From the NCBI GenBank assembly GCA_964016885.1, contig OZ024742.1, forward strand, positions 208,506,001-208,570,000: a stretch of 64,000 nt of DNA, given 5' to 3'. The stretch is from Eledone cirrhosa (lineage: Eukaryota). Made by a program: the position numbers and the translations under genes. How positions within the stretch are numbered: the stretch's first letter is position 1; the number at the start of each line of letters is the position of its first letter. Below are positions 56,854 to 64,000 of the stretch, piece after piece. Under the pieces are notes generated by a model. That model saw only the letters and a program-made list of their open reading frames with translations. It did no database searches and was not told the origin of the DNA.

Positions 56854-57463
56854 CGCACACGCGCACACACACACACGCACACACGTACACGCATACAAGG
56901 ACACATACCTGCGTACGCGTACATTTGCTCATATACACAAACACGTACAGATATGTACATAGACACACACACGCACATATACACGCCTGTCTTTATAGAG
57001 AGGCACAAAGACAGACATGCTCTCAAAGACACATACACACATACACACATCTACATACATATATATATATATCTACATATATGTGTATGCACACGCACAC
57101 AACATACTCACAAACACTCCCTACCATATGTAGGTGAACATAAACAGACACCCCCCCATACATACACACACGCACTGGCTCATATATATTTCAACAAATA
57201 CGCGCCCAATTACCTCCCTCTCCACGTACATCCACAGAGACATACACACGCACACATATATATATCACTGTCCGTACTTCAATGTGATATACGCACAGTC
57301 ATATACATCTGCACAAAAGGTCATACAGGGTCATCCATGGGAAGATGCATCCTGTTATACATGCACAAATATAAACCATGTGACCATATATATACATCCA
57401 TACACATACATGCATACATACACACATATAAATAAATAAATATGTAAATAGAAAAATAAATAA

Positions 57464-57534
<71 letters not shown>

Positions 57535-57880
57535 TATACACATATACACATACATATATACACATATATACACACACACATATACACATACACACATACA
57601 TACACATACATATATACACACACACATATATATATACACATCTATACACACCCACTCATACACACCCACATGTAAATGTACATACAAACACATACCTACA
57701 CATCTATAAAAGAAAACTCCAAAATACTAAAATGTGTATCTAACGTCGTACCTTAAAAGATGTATCTTGTATTACACATGCACGAGTATACACATTATAA
57801 TCATATACATGCATCCATACACATTCACGTAAAATATACATGTGTATATATACATATATATACACACATAACCCCCCCCC

Positions 57881-57927
<47 letters not shown>

Positions 57928-58009
57928 CATATACATACACATATATATATATACACACACACATACACACACACACACACATATATATATATCTACATGC
58001 ATGAACACA

Positions 58010-58051
<42 letters not shown>

Positions 58052-58231
58052 CATACACACATACGCTACAAACATATACACACATATAAAAACAATAAAA
58101 TAAATATACAATATACAATAAAATAAATATACAATACATCCATAAACATTCACATAACATATACATATATATATACATACACATATATACAACACATACA
58201 TATACACATATACATACATACACATATATAT

Positions 58232-58284
<53 letters not shown>

Positions 58285-58288
<4 letters not shown>

Positions 58289-58503
58289 GGAGGTGAGTTT
58301 TGTTGTAGCACAATAAAGCAATGCAAATATCGGATATGTTGATTTAAAACTTCACTATTCACAAGTGTTTTTTTAAGCTTCACATCATGTATCCCTATTT
58401 TATCTGATGAGAACGCAGATATAATACCATGATGATATTTGTTTTTGAAATGCGCATAATAAAATACTTGGAACTCTTTTAACCATCTTTTGATCTTATA
58501 TTA
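58285..58503 (+). mobile_element. PLE tail with intact HHR (58398-58464) and inverted 5' piece
   Basis: ttttat CTGATGA gaacgcagat...atttgttttt GAAA tgcgca TA ataaaa; 58285-58335 is the reverse complement of 21556-21607. Confidence 0.85.
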
Positions 58504-58699
58504 TATATATATTTATATATATATACATATATATGTACATACATACACACACAAACATGTATATATCTACATACACACACAAACATGTATATATCTACAT
58601 ACACACACACACATGTACATATACATACGCAAACCTCTAGGCATATACACTTTTATAAAAACAATAAAATACATTTACGTTATATTAAAATACATTAAA

Positions 58700-59990
58700 A
58701 TGTGCATATAACGTCGCATAGAGATATATAAAAAAAAGAGGTGAAGTTACATGTATTCGTGTGATATACCACACATGGGGAGTATGATATGCACACTTAG
58801 GTCTGTGTACGGAACAAACAATAAATGTTCCAAACTGAAACACGTGGAGAGTATGTATTCACGATTGAAGAGGTACACATTCATGGAGGCGCGTAGTCCG
58901 GTCACATTGGGGTATGTCACTGTGGATGGGGTGTGTTGTCCTATAGGTGCAGGGTACTTGACTGAACGACTGTGGAATCCGGATCAGCCTGTCCCGGCGC
59001 AGGGGACGTTCCTGCCTAAGGTGACGTGCGTAGTCAGGTGTGCATCTTGGGTTATTTTGGTTTACCCCACGGGGCATATAATGTCAACAGGGTATGGTGT
59101 CAGGTCCCTTTAAACCCGTTTCGTCGCTCAGGTCAGTGCGTGGTCCGGCGCATTCCCTTAGCCTGGGCTTCCCGGAGGATTCCATGCGGCGAATGTGCAC
59201 CTTCTCTGGTGTCTGCAGGTCATGATAATTTCAGATTTCAGGTTGACCGCGTCATCCTTCAGTCTGACTATCTCCATGGCCTCGTATAGGCATAATCTGC
59301 ACTTTCTATTTCCAGCCGAGTATGCATTCGCGTGCTGAACGATACTCCATTCAAGGGCGTACGGGGTGACTTTGTCTTTCAGGTCCCACACGAGGTCCGC
59401 TAACCTAGTGGAGTGTCTCTTGCTTCGGTCCTTGAAGGTGTACGTGTGATTATACATCCGCGATTTAAAGGTCGTGGATGTTGCGCCGATATAGGTGCGT
59501 TTTATATTTTGGTTTCTAATCACACATTTGTATACCAAGTCCTTCGTCAGGTATTTTCCCTGTAGGGGGTACTGGGTGCCCGCTCTGCAGGTACATGTTC
59601 TGTTGTTACTTCCTTCGCTTCTGACGCCTAGCCCTCGATCTGCTAGGGCCCTCTCACAATTCTGAGGATGTTGTTCCGCCGGGACGTTGATCTCCCCCAC
59701 GGCACTCGTTCCCTCTAGGCGTTGGGTTGTATCATCTTCCGCAGGCGTGTCGGCCGCCTCGGAGGCCGGGTTGTTATTTGAAGGCCGGTCCCCAAAGGGT
59801 CCAACACACTCCCAGACGGTCATTCTGTCGCCGCGGTTGACGGTCGATGTTTCCCATCTTTACCGCGTTGGTTTTAGGCATGTAGTCGGCCATGCTAGGT
59901 GCCGTGGAGAAGGAAAACTCCACCGTGTAGCGGTTGAAGATTTTGTGGTATTTGTTTGACGGCGGGAAGCACTCGTCTAACGCTTGGAAA
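58700..59990 (-). mobile_element. Hydra-like PLE EN region and 3' UTR
   Basis: FFQALDECFPPSNKYHKIFNR; CTCR...PLQGKYLTKDLVY...YIGATSTTFKSRMYNH...LADLVWDLKD...CRLCLYE...CRHQRR. Confidence 0.88.
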
Positions 59991-60072
59991 AACAACAGCC
60001 AATAGCAAGACAGGAGGGGAAGATGATTTTTGAAGCTAACACCCGTGAGAAAGTTTCTTCCGAAGTATTGCA

Positions 60073-60162
60073 TGTGTCCGAAGAACCTGCAGATCTAGAA
60101 TCAGACAGATCCATACAATGATCCTGTCTCGAGCTATCTGCCGGCGAAACAATTGTAACACA
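60073..60162 (+). ncRNA. Hammerhead with long stem II in an inverted pseudo-LTR (core CCGAAGA)
   Basis: tgtgt CCGAAGA acctgcagat...agacagatc..gatcctgtct...atctgccggc GAAA caattg TA acaca. Confidence 0.72.
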
Positions 60163-60246
60163 CAATAAACTGAGTCCAGATGCATCACTGATTTTTCGTT
60201 TCATATTATATATATATATATATATATGTATAAGTATGTATATACA

Positions 60247-60486
60247 TGTAATCTGAGTTTTTCGAATATTAATAACAATCGATTCGTTTGCAATTATGCA
60301 AATAAACCTTAATTTTATAGCCATGTCAGTAGAATGAACACTTCATTCTTGCTCTTATGTAGGCATGCGAACATAAGAGCAAGAATGAAGTGTTCATTCT
60401 ACTGACATGGCTATAAAATTAAGGTTTATTTGCATAATTGCAAACGAATCGAATGGTATTAATATTCGAAAAACTCAGATTACATT
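60247..60486. repeat. Fold-back PLE tail, ~115-bp arms
   Basis: 60247-60360 is inverted relative to 60371-60486; arms match 50495-50600. Confidence 0.9.
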
Positions 60487-60647
60487 TACTATATTCAGCC
60501 ATGTAGGGCGACATTTTCTTTTTATATATATATATTCTGTCGATCGATTGGTTATTGATTAGGCGAAACCAGGATGATGAAGCCACATGCGCCGATTGTG
60601 CTTTGTTACATGACAGATTGAAGGTACCCATGCTTGTCCCACCGACT

Positions 60648-60687
<40 letters not shown>

Positions 60688-60869
60688 ATGTATATACATC
60701 GTTTATGTTTGGCTGTTTACCAATGGGTAGAACCGGTGGTTCGGGTTGATAATGTAACAAATTAAGTAAAGCACTCAACGCTATGCAAATTATCTGTTGT
60801 AGATGTGGTATTAGGTGGCTGGTGAGGGGATGGAGTAAAGTATTCATTAAAACAACAACAGAAAGCCAG

Positions 60870-61260
60870 ACTGGGCATTTTACTTTAGAATTTTAATTCT
60901 GCGGAAGCACTATACATATTTCGATGGCTCAGCTCTATTAAGACAAGGCGATTTCAACTGGTGCTATTTGGAGAATAGTGTCACAGGATTACCTTGGTCC
61001 GCGTCTGCTATCGATATAAAACCATATTAGCAAGCTGTCCCCGAATCGAATTTTCTATCTTGTATCGCCTGTTCTTTCTATCTCCAATATTCTATTCTAT
61101 GTTTGCGTTCAACGTAATCCTATTACTTAATTCTGCAAATAGCGCCTGATGAAATTGCCTAGTCTTGAATCATAATGGGATAATAGAGCTGGGACATAGA
61201 TATATGTGTATAGTGCTTTTGCGGAATTCAAATTCTAAAGTAAATTTTCCAGTCTGCCTT
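60870..61260. repeat. Inverted pair of HHR-bearing PLE tails
   Basis: 60870-60976 is inverted relative to 61130-61258; HHR relics at 60906-60965 (-) and 61141-61217 (+). Confidence 0.75.
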
Positions 61261-61298
61261 CTCTTTTTTATTGCACACACACACACACACACACGCGC

Positions 61299-61388
<90 letters not shown>

Positions 61389-62813
61389 GAAAAGAGGAGA
61401 AAAATAATTGTAGCTTTAGTAAGTTTATTCAGGAAACCCGGGAATGGAGATATTAGTTATAAGAAGGATTAAAATTCTAATACATTTGTGTGTAAATGAC
61501 TGGAAAGTGAAATAATCAGTTCAGCTGCTGAGAAGAAAAATGGATTAATAGTGTCTTTGGTACGTCAATGATGTGGAACATGAAACAATGTGAGTGAATC
61601 GATCAAGTCTTGTAACATATTCGAGCCGATAGAAAGGACTACGCCACTTCTATGCGGACATTCTTTTGAAAGTTTAAAGAGAGATGAATTGAAAAATTTA
61701 CCGTGTGAATGTTGCTCAGAATCATTGCTTTTTCAAAGAGTAACTACACAATAGAATTAGCTATGATTGTTTTTGAGGTTTAACCATACGACAGCTTTGA
61801 TCCAGCAAGGATAAGATCAAGGTTCGACCCATTTTTATTTTCAAGGATAGCGTAACTAGGACTACGTAATTCAATGTATCAAGTGCGTTTCAGAACGATA
61901 TGACATTTTCAGGGAATATTGGCTGCTATTTGTTGCAGGCTGAATAGTTACGTAGAATATATGTAGAAGGAATTCTTACAAATTCATGAAAATTTGATAA
62001 ATTAACTAATTAATACAAAATCCAAACAATTTTGCAATCTATATTTAGATATTTAGATATATATTTAGATATTTAGATATTTATTATGGCTAACATTTAC
62101 CTTATACGACGTAATATATCATAGGAGATATTTTGAACGTTTTGATTAAATGGGCCCTAGTCCTATCAACCAGTGAGAGTTGGGGGAAATTTACCTCAAA
62201 TTTCACAGAGCCGTAACATGTCCACCACTGGCCTGCAGTGGTGTTATATATATATATATATCAATCCTGCAGAGTCGATAGCTAAATTTGATCGCAATAT
62301 AATTTGAACTCAATCCGCGGAGTGTAAACAGATAGCACACTAGATTATATTCGACTTTCTAACGACTATCAACTATGTTCACATAGCACAAAGGCGATTG
62401 GATAAGGGTGCTTTAAAAGAATTCGACTTTTAAAAAAAATACTTCGGAATTACATTAAGCAGAATGACTGGAAGAGATGTTATTGGAGAATGCTGACAGC
62501 TGTGTTATACATCTGGCTAGAAACTATAAACATACAAATGGGTGTGTGATAGAGCCATGTGAAGCTGTAAGTATTAAAAGAGTTAAATGCTTCAGTGATG
62601 AGATGCTTTACTTTAAGCTATTCTAAACATGAATTTAAAATTAATGGTGTGAACATACACTTAAAGCAGAAATAAAGAGATCATGTAATCCTTGGTACAG
62701 ATAAAAATAAATCTTTTGTTTTAAGAGTATTTATATATTTGAAGTACTTCAAAAAAAATATCAGAAAATATTGAATATTGTTAAGTGTTTGTAATACTCA
62801 GACTCAGACTCAA

Positions 62814-62860
<47 letters not shown>

Positions 62861-63597
62861 AAGAGAAAGATGGCGGGGGAGCCAAAAGCCCGACCGCGAC
62901 GCCAATCGGTTTCCAGCTTTATACAGCCAAATACTGACCATAATCGGCAGGTTTCGAAGTCACGTTTTTATCTTCCTCTATACCCAATCTGATTCTTCTC
63001 ATGCATAGAGTACTCGCTTGAGTTATGGTCTACCCGGTCTCGCCATGGCAAACTTTATGTGTATATATATATATATATTAACATGTTTTTGACTATGATA
63101 AGTAAGCCTTATAATTTGAGCATATAAGCACCTGGGATGGGAACGGAAAAGGTGGACTGCGTCACCCTAGGGGTACGAACTTACATCTGCCGTATGCTGT
63201 ATACCATATAAAGTAAGGTCGACTACTCGTTTCTGTTTTTTAAACCTTATCAATCAACCAGCGTAAAGTAAATAAATAATTATTCGTCTATCATAAATAA
63301 TGCAATTGATAGTTTCGTCACAATTTCCACATAGTTTACAGTTGCTCTTTGTATCCTCATCCATTAAATGTTTTTTTTTTTCGTTTTTTTTTTGTTTTTT
63401 TTTTCTAATTTCTGGTCACACACAAAAAAAATGTTTGGCCTTCTTCTGCAATAAAAAAAATCATTGCATATCAGCATGGAGTTCTGCTACCTAGAGCCAA
63501 TACTGAGCTTTTGTTAAATATCCACTGTGCAGCTCAGTATTAACAGGTGTTTGCCATGAATGGGTTCTTTGCAAATATCGTATATGCACTAATTGTA

Positions 63598-63700
63598 GAC
63601 AAGCAGCGCGTCAACTTCACCATCCTCAGGGGAAACGCCTTCTCTATTCTGTCCACCGCGGCCGCGGGGCGGCCAACACGTGGGCCCCCATTTGCTTATA
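63598..63700 (+). mobile_element. CRE-like (RLE-type) non-LTR retrotransposon 3' fragment
   Basis: QRVNFTILRGNAFSILST resembles the C-terminal QRLS..IQRGNA motif. Confidence 0.55.
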
Positions 63701-64000
63701 ATAGAGAGCGGGAAAGATAGAGATGGTGCAGTGGGGTTTGGTTCCATTTTGTCCGGACCTAATGTATATGTGTATATTTGTTTACGACACTACATTAATA
63801 TAATTGGACAGAGGTTGTTGTTGTTTTAGTCATTTAAACACGGTCATAACTTCTTAATACACTAACGGAACAAAATAGATTAAAACATGATGTAAAAGAC
63901 AATACAAAGGAAAATGCACCAAAGAAACTTTGAAGAGAGGAAACATCAGCAAACCTCATCCATATTATGTTAGATAAAGTAACAAAAATAAGTGAATAGG

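Noticed and set aside
62140-62345. Very old SINE copy on the minus strand
   Set aside because: Only the B-box-like atttgaactca is clear; boundaries unsupported.
62893-62965. Possible HHR on the minus strand (GAAAccgattgg)
   Set aside because: 5' core too degenerate (CCGATTA) to call.

Overview
AT-rich, microsatellite-dense eukaryotic DNA with no recognisable host protein-coding gene. The repeat make-up suggests a mollusc, probably an octopus or other cephalopod; this is inference only. The window is a nest of retroelements. It contains (1) many Penelope-like element (PLE) relics of at least two types: one with a CxC-x5-C linker and a CRH C-terminus (Hydra-clade-like) and one Neptune-like. 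One near full-length copy is bounded by pseudo-LTRs (14850-18572). It also contains (2) a near-complete but frameshifted L1/Tx1-type LINE (31930-37553) inside a purine/pyrimidine-skewed minisatellite, (3) RTE, CR1-like and CRE-like LINE fragments, (4) seven or more tRNA-derived SINEs, (5) a Gypsy-like LTR with a tRNA-Trp PBS, and (6) MITEs. The most notable signal is about 20 intact or decayed type I hammerhead ribozyme (HHR) motifs from many different repeat families. Some have greatly extended stem II. There are also many fold-back (inverted) insertions whose junctions fall at or inside the ribozyme. Most ORF-track entries are microsatellite artefacts. All structures were read by eye and coordinates may be a few bases off.
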